Positions 9,429 through 17,832 of a DNA stretch of 64,000 bases are shown here, piece after piece (positions within the stretch are counted from its first letter, which is position 1; the number at the start of each line of letters is the position of its first letter). This stretch comes from an uncultured Psychroflexus sp. (GTDB lineage: Bacteria; Bacteroidota; Bacteroidia; Flavobacteriales; Flavobacteriaceae): contig CAJXLO010000002.1 of assembly GCA_913056525.1 (NCBI GenBank), positions 5,169 through 69,168 of the forward strand, read 5' to 3'. The position numbers and the translations under genes were made by a program. Below the pieces are notes generated by a model that had not been told where the DNA came from, did no database searches, and saw only the letters and a program-made list of their open reading frames with translations.

Positions 9429-11174
9429 ATGTCTCATTATGAAGCTCCGGTAAGAAAGCCACTTGTCACAGGAGATAAAGTTTATAAGGATGTAACTGAA
9501 GACATTGTAAGACCTATAGAAGGTCGCGCCAATAAAACATGGTGGATTGTTTTTTCAATTGCATTAGTAGCCTTTCTCTGGGGATTAGGCTGTATCATCT
9601 ATACGGTTTCTACCGGTATTGGAACCTGGGGATTGAACAACACCATAGAATGGGCATGGGATATTACCAACTTTGTTTGGTGGGTTGGTATAGGGCACGC
9701 TGGAACACTGATATCCGCAGTGTTGTTGTTGTTTCGTCAACGTTGGCGAATGGCCATCAACCGTTCCGCTGAGGCGATGACCATTTTTGCGGTAGTACAA
9801 GCCGGGCTTTTTCCTATTATTCACATGGGAAGACCCTGGCTAGCTTATTGGGTTTTACCTATCCCTAATCAGTTCGGCTCGCTTTGGGTCAACTTCAACT
9901 CACCTTTACTTTGGGACGTTTTTGCGATATCTACTTATTTGTCCGTTTCACTGGTGTTCTGGTATACAGGGTTGTTGCCTGATTTTGCAATGATAAGGGA
10001 TCGCGCCAAAAAACCTTTCCAGAAACATATCTATTCGATCCTATCCTTTGGATGGAGTGGAAAAATGAAAGATTGGCAGCGCTTTGAAGAAGTCTCTCTC
10101 GTACTGGCCGGACTAGCCACACCTTTGGTACTTTCAGTCCATACCATCGTATCATTCGATTTTGCCACATCCGTAGTCCCAGGTTGGCATAGTACGATAT
10201 TCCCGCCTTATTTCGTTGCCGGTGCGATTTTCTCAGGTTTTGCCATGGTGCAGACCTTGCTTATCATAATGAGGAAAGTGTCCAATCTGGAGAATTATAT
10301 CACGGTCAATCACATTGAGCTGATGAACAAGGTGATCCTGGTAACCGGCGGTATCGTAGGTGTTGCCTACATCACGGAATTCTTCATCGCCTGGTATACC
10401 GGAAGTCCTTATGAAAACTATACTTATTTGTCTTTTGGGGCTGCTACAGGTCCTTACTGGTGGGCTTTCTGGGCGCTGATACTTTGTAACATGTTAGTCC
10501 CTTTGACCTTATGGGTCAAAAAATACAGAAGGAACATAATCTGGACCTTCATCGTTTCGATCATCATTAATATCGGAATGTGGTTCGAGCGTTTCGATAT
10601 TATCGTACTAGACCTAAGTAAAGGAAGGACGCCATCATCCTGGGCAATGTTCTCTCCTACTTTCGTGGACGTGGGAATATTTGTTGGTACATTAGGTTTC
10701 TTTTTTGTTCTATTCCTTCTGTATGCGCGAAGTTTCCCTGTTATCGCCCAGGCTGAAGTGAAAAGTATCTTAAAACTATCAGGTGATAAGTATAAGAAGA
10801 TGAGAGAAGAGTATGGTGATGATGTTCAGATGTACAATTTGCCTGAGCAGCGCCCTTTACCAGATTTTAAAGGAATGGTAGAGGAGCTCGAACAAAAGAA
10901 CGAAGAGGTTAGAGATGAGAAAGGGGAATTAATAGAATCCCTATTGTTGAAAATTGGAGATGCATCCAATGATAACGCAGATGACCTCAAAAGATTATCA
11001 GGTGTAGGACCAGCGCTGGAAAAGAAGCTAAACCAAATCGGTGTCTATAAATATCAACAGATATCTAAGATGTCTGATAAAGAATTTACGATATTGAACC
11101 GATTGATCGATGCATTTCCAAAATCGAAGTCCAGGTTCTGGTCTGGTGAAGCAAACATTTTAAACCAAATATAA
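9429..11174 (+). CDS. actC: Alternative complex III subunit C (NrfD/PsrC family quinol-binding subunit) with C-terminal extension
   Basis: WDITNFVWWVGIGHAGTLISA, HMGRPW, LSVHTIVSFDF and WFERF motifs; polytopic membrane protein. Confidence 0.95.
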   Translation: MSHYEAPVRKPLVTGDKVYKDVTEDIVRPIEGRANKTWWIVFSIALVAFLWGLGCIIYTVSTGIGTWGLNNTIEWAWDITNFVWWVGIGHAGTLISAVLLLFRQRWRMAINRSAEAMTIFAVVQAGLFPIIHMGRPWLAYWVLPIPNQFGSLWVNFNSPLLWDVFAISTYLSVSLVFWYTGLLPDFAMIRDRAKKPFQKHIYSILSFGWSGKMKDWQRFEEVSLVLAGLATPLVLSVHTIVSFDFATSVVPGWHSTIFPPYFVAGAIFSGFAMVQTLLIIMRKVSNLENYITVNHIELMNKVILVTGGIVGVAYITEFFIAWYTGSPYENYTYLSFGAATGPYWWAFWALILCNMLVPLTLWVKKYRRNIIWTFIVSIIINIGMWFERFDIIVLDLSKGRTPSSWAMFSPTFVDVGIFVGTLGFFFVLFLLYARSFPVIAQAEVKSILKLSGDKYKKMREEYGDDVQMYNLPEQRPLPDFKGMVEELEQKNEEVRDEKGELIESLLLKIGDASNDNADDLKRLSGVGPALEKKLNQIGVYKYQQISKMSDKEFTILNRLIDAFPKSKSRFWSGEANILNQI

Positions 11175-11176
11175 TT

Positions 11177-11698
11177 ATGTCAGGATATACATTACAAGCA
11201 CTTTATGCTGACGATGATCATTTGATGAAAGCCGTCAGGGAAACGCGAGATCAGGATCATCATATAAGCGAAGTATACACTCCATTTCCAGTACACGGAC
11301 TGGATAAAGCAGCCGGTCTCAAAGAAACCAGGATGGCCATAACAGCTTTTCTTTACGGTCTTGTGGGTTTTGGTGTAGCCGTATGGATGATGAACTTCAT
11401 GATGATAGAGGATTGGCCCAGGAATATCGGTGGGAAACCCAGTTTTACTTTTTTCCAGAACATGCCGGCCTTCGTTCCCATCATGTTCGAACTGACCGTT
11501 TTCTTTGCAGCTCACTTAATGGTCATCACATTCTATATGCGCTCTAAGATCTGGCCTTTCAAACAAGCTGAAAATCCAGACCCCAGAACTACGGACGATC
11601 ATTTTGTCATGGAAGTGGAAACCGATAAAGAAAACATTCAAGATGTTGCAGAATTCTTACACTCCACTGGAGCTAAAGAAGTCGACCTAAAAAGATAA
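11177..11698 (+). CDS. actD: Alternative complex III subunit D (DUF3341)
   Basis: YTPFPVHGLD, IGGKP, FELTV and PRTTDDHF motifs; operon position. Confidence 0.93.
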   Translation: MSGYTLQALYADDDHLMKAVRETRDQDHHISEVYTPFPVHGLDKAAGLKETRMAITAFLYGLVGFGVAVWMMNFMMIEDWPRNIGGKPSFTFFQNMPAFVPIMFELTVFFAAHLMVITFYMRSKIWPFKQAENPDPRTTDDHFVMEVETDKENIQDVAEFLHSTGAKEVDLKR

Positions 11699-12339
11699 TG
11701 ATGAAAACACCTAATAAATACCTACTTTTAATATTAACCCTTGGGCTAATCACGGGTTGTGCTGATGATAATGAACGGAACTATCAATATTTTCCGGACA
11801 TGTACCAGTCGCAGGCTTATGAAGCTTATGCGGAAAGCGAACTGTTTCCAAACCAGACCACTGCTTTGAAGCCCGCTGAAGGCAGTGTCAAGCGAGGTTG
11901 GATGCCATTTGAATATGCAGACAATGAAGAGGGTTATCAAAGGGCCAAGAAAGAACTAGAAAATCCCGTTCCTTACACTGAAGAAAACCTATTGAAAGGT
12001 GAAGAACTTTATGGCTATTATTGTGCGATCTGCCATGGCGATAAAGGAAATGGTAAAGGTTGGCTCGTTCAACAAGAAAAGGTTCTTGGCGTACCTAGTT
12101 ATGATGATGTTGGAAGAGCGATCACTAGCGGCAGTACTTACTATGTGATCTATCACGGTCGAAATCTGATGGGTTCTTATGCTTCTCAAATGAACAGGAA
12201 AGAGATGTGGCAGGTTACTCAATACGTGATGAAGCTGAAGCGAGAGCTGGAAGATAAAGATGAACTGCCTTTCGATAAGGACACTATAAAGAACAAACAG
12301 CTATTTTCAACCTCAGATAAACTAGAATTAACGAATTAA
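11698..12339 (+). CDS. actE: Alternative complex III subunit E (monoheme cytochrome c lipoprotein)
   Basis: Lipobox ITGC, PDMY motif, single CAICH, MGSYA axial Met. The start overlaps the actD stop (TAATG). Confidence 0.93.
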   Translation: MMKTPNKYLLLILTLGLITGCADDNERNYQYFPDMYQSQAYEAYAESELFPNQTTALKPAEGSVKRGWMPFEYADNEEGYQRAKKELENPVPYTEENLLKGEELYGYYCAICHGDKGNGKGWLVQQEKVLGVPSYDDVGRAITSGSTYYVIYHGRNLMGSYASQMNRKEMWQVTQYVMKLKRELEDKDELPFDKDTIKNKQLFSTSDKLELTN

Positions 12340-12351
12340 TACCACCGCTCT

Positions 12352-13686
12352 ATGTATCAAATGTCCAATAAAATAAAAATGACTTCCATGATTTTGATCG
12401 TACTGGGATTGATTGGTGTTAGTGCAGGCTTTCTATCTACCCCGAACAATGTCAAAGAGGTCAAGCAACAAATGGAAGCCTCTCATGGCGGTCATAGTGA
12501 TGGTCATTCTAGTGCTCAACAAAATGATGGAGCAACCTCAAAAGATGAACATCAAGTAGGAGAGCACCATGCAGATGAGAAATCGCATGCGGAACATGCC
12601 TATACGTTCTTGAAGAACAAACCCTGGTCAGCACTTTTCGTTTCCCTATTGTTCTTTCTCTTCATTTCCTTAGGTGCCTTTGTCTTTTATGTCATACAAC
12701 ACGTTTCTCAGGCAGGTTGGTCGCCGGTTCTTTTTCGGGTCATGGAAGCGATATCTAAATATATCGTACCAGGCGGCGTTTTGGTTTATGTGTTTCTCGT
12801 TTTATCTTCCCTGCACTTGAACCATTTGTTTGTTTGGATGGACCCCGAAATAGTTGCTAACGATGAAGTGATACAGGAAAAATCAGGCTATTTGAACATA
12901 CCATTTTTTCTTATCAGAGCTGCTATATATATCGGCGGATGGATTCTTTTTCAAAGATTGATAACCAGGAATGAGAACAAACAGGATGATGGTTATGATC
13001 AAAGCTTGTATAAGAAGAACATCACTTATTCTGTATTGTTTTTAGCTTTTTTCGCGATTACAGAATCCATGGCATCATGGGATTGGATCATGAGCATAGA
13101 TACGCACTGGTTCAGCACATTAATGGGGTGGTTTGTGTTCGCCAGCATGTTCGTATCGGGTATTACTACCATCGCGCTTATCACCGTGCATTTAAAATCA
13201 ATAGGGTATCTGCAATTCGTTAACAATAGTCATATCCATGACCTGGCAAAGTTCATGTTTGGGATATCCATTTTTTGGACCTACCTATGGTTTGCACAGT
13301 TCATGTTGATATGGTACGCCAACATGCCGGAGGAAGCGGTTTATTATGTAACACGGATGGAAGATTATCAGCTGCTATTCCTCGGTTCTGTAGCTTTAAA
13401 TTTTGTTTTTCCTTTGTTAATTTTAATGAACTCTGACTTCAAAAGGGTGAACTGGATTGTTACCTTTGCAGGAATAATAATTTTGGTGGGACATTATATA
13501 AACTTTTATCTAATGATCATGCCGGGGACTGTTGCTGGCCAGTGGTCTATATCATTTGCGGAAATAGGCGCTCTACTTTTAGTTGGTGGAATATTCCTCT
13601 ACATAACCTTCAATGCTTTGAGCAAAAAAGCGCTGGAGCCCGTGAACAACCCGTTGATAAAAGAAAGCAAACAGTATCATTATTAA
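12352..13686 (+). CDS. actF: Alternative complex III subunit F
   Basis: Polytopic protein with DWIMSIDTHWFST, HIHDLAKFMF and WYANMPEE motifs, plus a His-rich loop. Confidence 0.93.
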   Translation: MYQMSNKIKMTSMILIVLGLIGVSAGFLSTPNNVKEVKQQMEASHGGHSDGHSSAQQNDGATSKDEHQVGEHHADEKSHAEHAYTFLKNKPWSALFVSLLFFLFISLGAFVFYVIQHVSQAGWSPVLFRVMEAISKYIVPGGVLVYVFLVLSSLHLNHLFVWMDPEIVANDEVIQEKSGYLNIPFFLIRAAIYIGGWILFQRLITRNENKQDDGYDQSLYKKNITYSVLFLAFFAITESMASWDWIMSIDTHWFSTLMGWFVFASMFVSGITTIALITVHLKSIGYLQFVNNSHIHDLAKFMFGISIFWTYLWFAQFMLIWYANMPEEAVYYVTRMEDYQLLFLGSVALNFVFPLLILMNSDFKRVNWIVTFAGIIILVGHYINFYLMIMPGTVAGQWSISFAEIGALLLVGGIFLYITFNALSKKALEPVNNPLIKESKQYHY

Positions 13687-13701
13687 TAAGATATTCAAGG
13701 A

Positions 13702-14769
13702 ATGACAGCATTATTAATCGTAGTAGTAGCAGCACTCTTAGGGGTTACCGTTTGGCAGATATCCAAGATATTCAAATTATCCAAGCCCGTTGGAGAAGGC
13801 GATTCGCCAATAGCGAATAACAAGGACAATGAAAAGCAAGGACAGTTGATGTTGATATTCATGATCTTGTTCTACGCCTTTATGTTCTATTGTTTTTATG
13901 AATACAGCAGGTTCTATTTACCCGAATCGGCCTCTGAGCATGGCCATGATTATGATCAGTTGATGTTCATTACACTAGGAGTTATCATGACTGTTCAATT
14001 GATAACACAAGCGCTACTCCATTATTTTTCTTATAAATATAGAGGAAAGCAAGGTAAGCGAGCCTTATTTTATGCTGATAATGATAAATTAGAATTCATA
14101 TGGACCATTATACCAGTTGTTGTACTGGCGGGTTTGATCATCTACGGACTTTTCAGTTGGTCAGAAATAATGAATCCGGTTAAAAAGGAAGAAGCTCGCG
14201 TCATAGAGATCTACGCTTATCAATTTAATTGGAAAGCTAGATATTCAGGGGAAGACAACACGTTAGGCAAGGCTAATGTGAGATTAATCGAAGGTGTCAA
14301 TCAATTAGGTGTGGACGAGAACGACCCTTATGCACAAGATGATGTTATCACAAGAGAACTCCATTTGCCAGTGGATGAGCCGGTAATATTCAAGTTCAGG
14401 TCACAGGATGTCCTCCATTCCGCTTACTTTCCTTTCTTTAGGGCACAAATGAATGTTGTACCGGGTATGGTCACCCAGTTTAGTTTTACTCCTTCAAAAA
14501 CTACTAAAGAAATGAGAAATAGTGATTATATGGTTGATAAAGTGGAACGTATTAACGATATTCGTGAAGAGAAGAATGAAGTACTTGAAGCTGAAGGAAA
14601 ATCTACTTTAGACTCTTATGAATTTGACTATTATCTAATGTGTAACAAGATATGTGGCGTATCTCATTACAATATGCAAATGAAGGTTGTCGTTGAGCCT
14701 AAGGAAGATTTCGAGGAATGGATGAAAGAACAACAGCAATTTAAAGAAGTAATAGCCCAAAATAACTAA
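13702..14769 (+). CDS. coxB: Cytochrome c oxidase (aa3) subunit II
   Basis: LEFIWTIIP, AYQFNW, DVLHS and CuA motif CNKICGVSHYNM. Confidence 0.95.
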   Translation: MTALLIVVVAALLGVTVWQISKIFKLSKPVGEGDSPIANNKDNEKQGQLMLIFMILFYAFMFYCFYEYSRFYLPESASEHGHDYDQLMFITLGVIMTVQLITQALLHYFSYKYRGKQGKRALFYADNDKLEFIWTIIPVVVLAGLIIYGLFSWSEIMNPVKKEEARVIEIYAYQFNWKARYSGEDNTLGKANVRLIEGVNQLGVDENDPYAQDDVITRELHLPVDEPVIFKFRSQDVLHSAYFPFFRAQMNVVPGMVTQFSFTPSKTTKEMRNSDYMVDKVERINDIREEKNEVLEAEGKSTLDSYEFDYYLMCNKICGVSHYNMQMKVVVEPKEDFEEWMKEQQQFKEVIAQNN

Positions 14770-14780
14770 AAACCATAGCA

Positions 14781-16613
14781 ATGTCAGCAGTAGCAAATGT
14801 AGGAAATGTTGAATTAGAGAAAGCTGCTAAGGAAGAAGCAGAACACCACAAACAGCCTTTTATACTAAAATATATTTTTAGTACAGATCATAAGATGATT
14901 GCCAAGCAATATTTGATCACAGGTCTGGTGATGGGATTTATAGGTATAGCCATGTCCTTATTGATAAGACTTCAACTTGCATGGCCAGAACAATCATTCT
15001 GGATCTTTGAGGTTTTATTAGGAAAGTTTCAGAACGATGGCGTTATGAGTCCAAACGTTTATTTGGCTCTTGTGACCATTCATGGAACGATTATGATATT
15101 CTTCGTGCTTACAGCTGGTTTAAGCGGAACTTTCAGCAATTTGCTTATCCCACTACAGATTGGTGCAAGAGATATGGCATCCGGCTTTATGAACATGTTG
15201 TCTTACTGGTTGTTTTTCCTATCATCTGTTATCATGTTATCCTCTCTTTTTGTAGAATCTGGTCCTGCATCATCTGGGTGGACAGTCTATCCTCCACTAA
15301 GTGCATTGCCTGAGGCTATAAGTGGTTCAGGTATGGGAATGACGCTTTGGTTGGTTTCTATGGCTATTTTCATCGCTTCTTCTTTGATGGGTTCACTCAA
15401 TTATATAGTTACTGTGCTCAACCTAAGAACGGAAGGCATGTCCATGACCCGATTACCTTTAACGGTATGGGCTTTTTTCGTTACGGCCATCATTGGCGTG
15501 GTATCCTTCCCGGTTTTATTATCAGCTGCACTTTTATTGATAATGGACCGTAGTTTTGGCACCTCATTTTTCTTAAGCGATATTTATATTCAGGGAGAAG
15601 TATTAAGCCATCAGGGTGGTTCTCCTGTGCTTTACGAACATTTGTTCTGGTTTCTGGGACATCCAGAAGTTTATATTGTTCTATTACCTGCTTTGGGCAT
15701 CACTTCAGAAATCGTTGCAACTAGCGCGCGTAAGCCGATTTTTGGATATAGAGCAATGGTAGCTTCTATCCTGGCCATCGCATTCTTATCTACGGTGGTT
15801 TGGGGTCATCATATGTTCGTTTCCGGTATGAATCCTTTCCTTGGTTCTGTGTTTACTTTTACCACATTGCTTATAGCTATACCATCCGCTGTAAAAGCAT
15901 TTAATTATATTACTACGTTGTGGAAGGGAAATTTGCAGATGAATCCGGCCATGTTATTTTCAATTGGTTTGGTCTCCACTTTCATTAGTGGTGGACTTAC
16001 AGGTATCGTATTAGGGGATAGCACCCTTGATATTAATGTTCACGATACGTATTTCGTAGTGGCCCATTTCCATCTGGTGATGGGAATAGTGGGTGTGTAT
16101 GGATTTATAGCCGGTGTTTACCATTGGTTCCCTAAGATGTTCGGTAGGATGATGAACAAGAATTTAGGATACTTACATTTCTGGATTACCGCCATAGGAG
16201 CTTACGGAGTGTTTTTCCCGATGCACTTCATTGGTATGGCTGGATTACCAAGAAGATATTACACGAACACTGCATTTCCTTATCTAGATGATCTTGCTAA
16301 TGTTAATGTACTTATTTCTGTCTTCGCCTTTTTAACAGCAGCTGCTCAATTGTTTTTTATTTATAATTTTATACATTCTATATTTTACGGAAAAAAGGCT
16401 GTTCAAAACCCCTGGAAAGCCAACACTTTAGAATGGACCGCTCCTGTCAAACATATCCACGGTAACTGGCCTGGTGAGCTTCCTAAAGTATATAGATGGT
16501 CTTATGATTATAGTAAAAGAAATGCGGATGATTCTGACTACATCATTCCTGGACAAGATTTTATTCCCCAAAATGTCCCGCTTAGAGAAAACGAAGAAGA
16601 ATTGATGCATTAA
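14781..16613 (+). CDS. coxA: Cytochrome c oxidase subunit I (A1-type heme-copper oxidase)
   Basis: TDHK, TIHGTIM, GWTVYPPL, WFLGHPEVY, WGHHMF, VAHFH and PRRY motifs. Confidence 0.97.
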   Translation: MSAVANVGNVELEKAAKEEAEHHKQPFILKYIFSTDHKMIAKQYLITGLVMGFIGIAMSLLIRLQLAWPEQSFWIFEVLLGKFQNDGVMSPNVYLALVTIHGTIMIFFVLTAGLSGTFSNLLIPLQIGARDMASGFMNMLSYWLFFLSSVIMLSSLFVESGPASSGWTVYPPLSALPEAISGSGMGMTLWLVSMAIFIASSLMGSLNYIVTVLNLRTEGMSMTRLPLTVWAFFVTAIIGVVSFPVLLSAALLLIMDRSFGTSFFLSDIYIQGEVLSHQGGSPVLYEHLFWFLGHPEVYIVLLPALGITSEIVATSARKPIFGYRAMVASILAIAFLSTVVWGHHMFVSGMNPFLGSVFTFTTLLIAIPSAVKAFNYITTLWKGNLQMNPAMLFSIGLVSTFISGGLTGIVLGDSTLDINVHDTYFVVAHFHLVMGIVGVYGFIAGVYHWFPKMFGRMMNKNLGYLHFWITAIGAYGVFFPMHFIGMAGLPRRYYTNTAFPYLDDLANVNVLISVFAFLTAAAQLFFIYNFIHSIFYGKKAVQNPWKANTLEWTAPVKHIHGNWPGELPKVYRWSYDYSKRNADDSDYIIPGQDFIPQNVPLRENEEELMH

Positions 16614-16634
16614 TTTTTATACACCATACTGATA

Positions 16635-16676
16635 AAATGCAAAACCCCGATTTGAAAGAATCGGGGTTTTGCTTAA
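16635..16676. terminator. Bidirectional intrinsic terminator
   Basis: Perfect 14-bp stem GCAAAACCCCGATT (16639-16652) / AATCGGGGTTTTGC (16659-16672), with T-rich 3' arms on both strands, between convergent transcription units. Confidence 0.9.
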
Positions 16677-16713
16677 CTAACCAATCTATTATGAAAAAAC
16701 TTCATCCTAGCAT
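16635..16713 (-). ncRNA. Candidate trans-acting small RNA (~80 nt) with ECF-sigma-like promoter
   Basis: Minus strand: TGTAAT (16746-16741), 16-nt spacer, CGTCTA (16724-16719), then AUGCUAGGAUGAAGUUUUUUCAUAAUAGAUUGGUUAGUUAA and the terminator. No minus-strand ORF of note. Confidence 0.5.
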
Positions 16714-16771
16714 TAATTTAGACGTTGTAACATCCAAATTATTACACGGGAAATTAAAAATTAAGAAATGT

Positions 16772-17752
16772 TTAACTGTATAACAGATTGCAACCTCTAA
16801 CATCAGAATGGTCGAACCTGCCTAAAACTTTAAATCGACCCCTCGAAAGTTTTTTTCCAAGGTCTTGTGTAGCTAAAAAAGACAGGGAGTGGATGTTACT
16901 AAGGTCGATTACATTTATTCCACCAGAACCCCCTTTACTCACATAGGACATGGGTTGATAGATATCCCTGATCATGACCTTCATTGTGGAAGGAGTTTCA
17001 AAGATGCCATCTTCTTTTGCATAGGCCTGGGACAGGAGCTCCGTCATACCATATTCACTGTGAACCTTTTCTACCTTGAATGCACCTTTTAAGATAGCAT
17101 GCAGTTCTTCTCTTACCAGTTCCTTACGTTTTCCTTTCATCCCACCGGTTTCCATTATTATGCAATCCGAAAGGTCTATAGAATGTTGTTCAGCGATATC
17201 AAGTAGTGCAAATGAAACACCAATGATCAATTTGTTCTTTGAATTAGATGATCGAATATTTTTGAGCTTTGTAATTAAATGTTCATCATAAAAATTATAG
17301 AAGCCACTAAGTTTGTTTTTAGAGCTTTGGATTAGCTTATCTACCATATAAAGCAAGGAGGAATCAGGATTGTCAATATAACCTGGAAGAATTGCCGCGA
17401 ATAGGAATTCTGAAGGGTCGCCATAGAACTGGGAAAAGGCATTATGGAAGGATTTTTCGTAAAGTTTCAGGTCGCTGATATAATGTTTACTTCTTTCCTG
17501 ACCTGTCGTTCCACTACTGAGGAATACTTTATCAAATTCAGCCTTATCTCTTATTATGTTGGACCTGAAGAATTCTATGGGAAGGAAAGGAATTTCAGTA
17601 AGCGAGTTCACCTTTTCTTTAGACTTTCCCAGGTAATCACTAAATTCTCTGTAAATACTTATTCTATCGTACTGATAACTAAAGACATCTAAAGCTGTCC
17701 TTTCAAATTCATTATGATCATTAATAGTAAAAATTCTGTCCTCGAGCTGCAT
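16772..17752 (-). CDS. LuxE/acyl-protein synthetase-like protein (ANL superfamily)
   Basis: IPFLPIEFF, FLSSGTTG, SSLLYM, IMETGGMKG, HSEYGMTEL, TQDLG, VLGRFD and RGCN motifs. The probable start is ATG 17752, because the ORF-track start at 17788 sits in a terminator and TAATTTTG lies at 17766-17759. Confidence 0.85.
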   Translation of the reverse strand: MQLEDRIFTINDHNEFERTALDVFSYQYDRISIYREFSDYLGKSKEKVNSLTEIPFLPIEFFRSNIIRDKAEFDKVFLSSGTTGQERSKHYISDLKLYEKSFHNAFSQFYGDPSEFLFAAILPGYIDNPDSSLLYMVDKLIQSSKNKLSGFYNFYDEHLITKLKNIRSSNSKNKLIIGVSFALLDIAEQHSIDLSDCIIMETGGMKGKRKELVREELHAILKGAFKVEKVHSEYGMTELLSQAYAKEDGIFETPSTMKVMIRDIYQPMSYVSKGGSGGINVIDLSNIHSLSFLATQDLGKKLSRGRFKVLGRFDHSDVRGCNLLYS

Positions 17753-17771
17753 AGATATCAAAATTACGATA

Positions 17772-17812
17772 AATAAAAAGGCCACCATTCAAACAATGGC
17801 AGCCTTTTTATT
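17772..17812 (-). terminator. Intrinsic terminator of the T9SS-protein gene
   Basis: Minus strand AAAAAGGCUGCCAUU-GUUUG-AAUGGUGGCCUUUUU. The two G-U pairs form only on this strand. Confidence 0.85.
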
Positions 17813-17832
17813 ATTCAGGGTTAGAAACCTAT

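Noticed and set aside
16691-16783. Plus-strand 30-codon ORF MKKLHPSINLDVVTSKLLHGKLKIKKCLTV with an ideal-looking leader
   Set aside because: It lies just after a strong terminator with no plus-strand promoter and overlaps the LuxE-like stop. The minus-strand promoter-plus-terminator arrangement explains the sequence better. It remains the alternative to the sRNA hypothesis.
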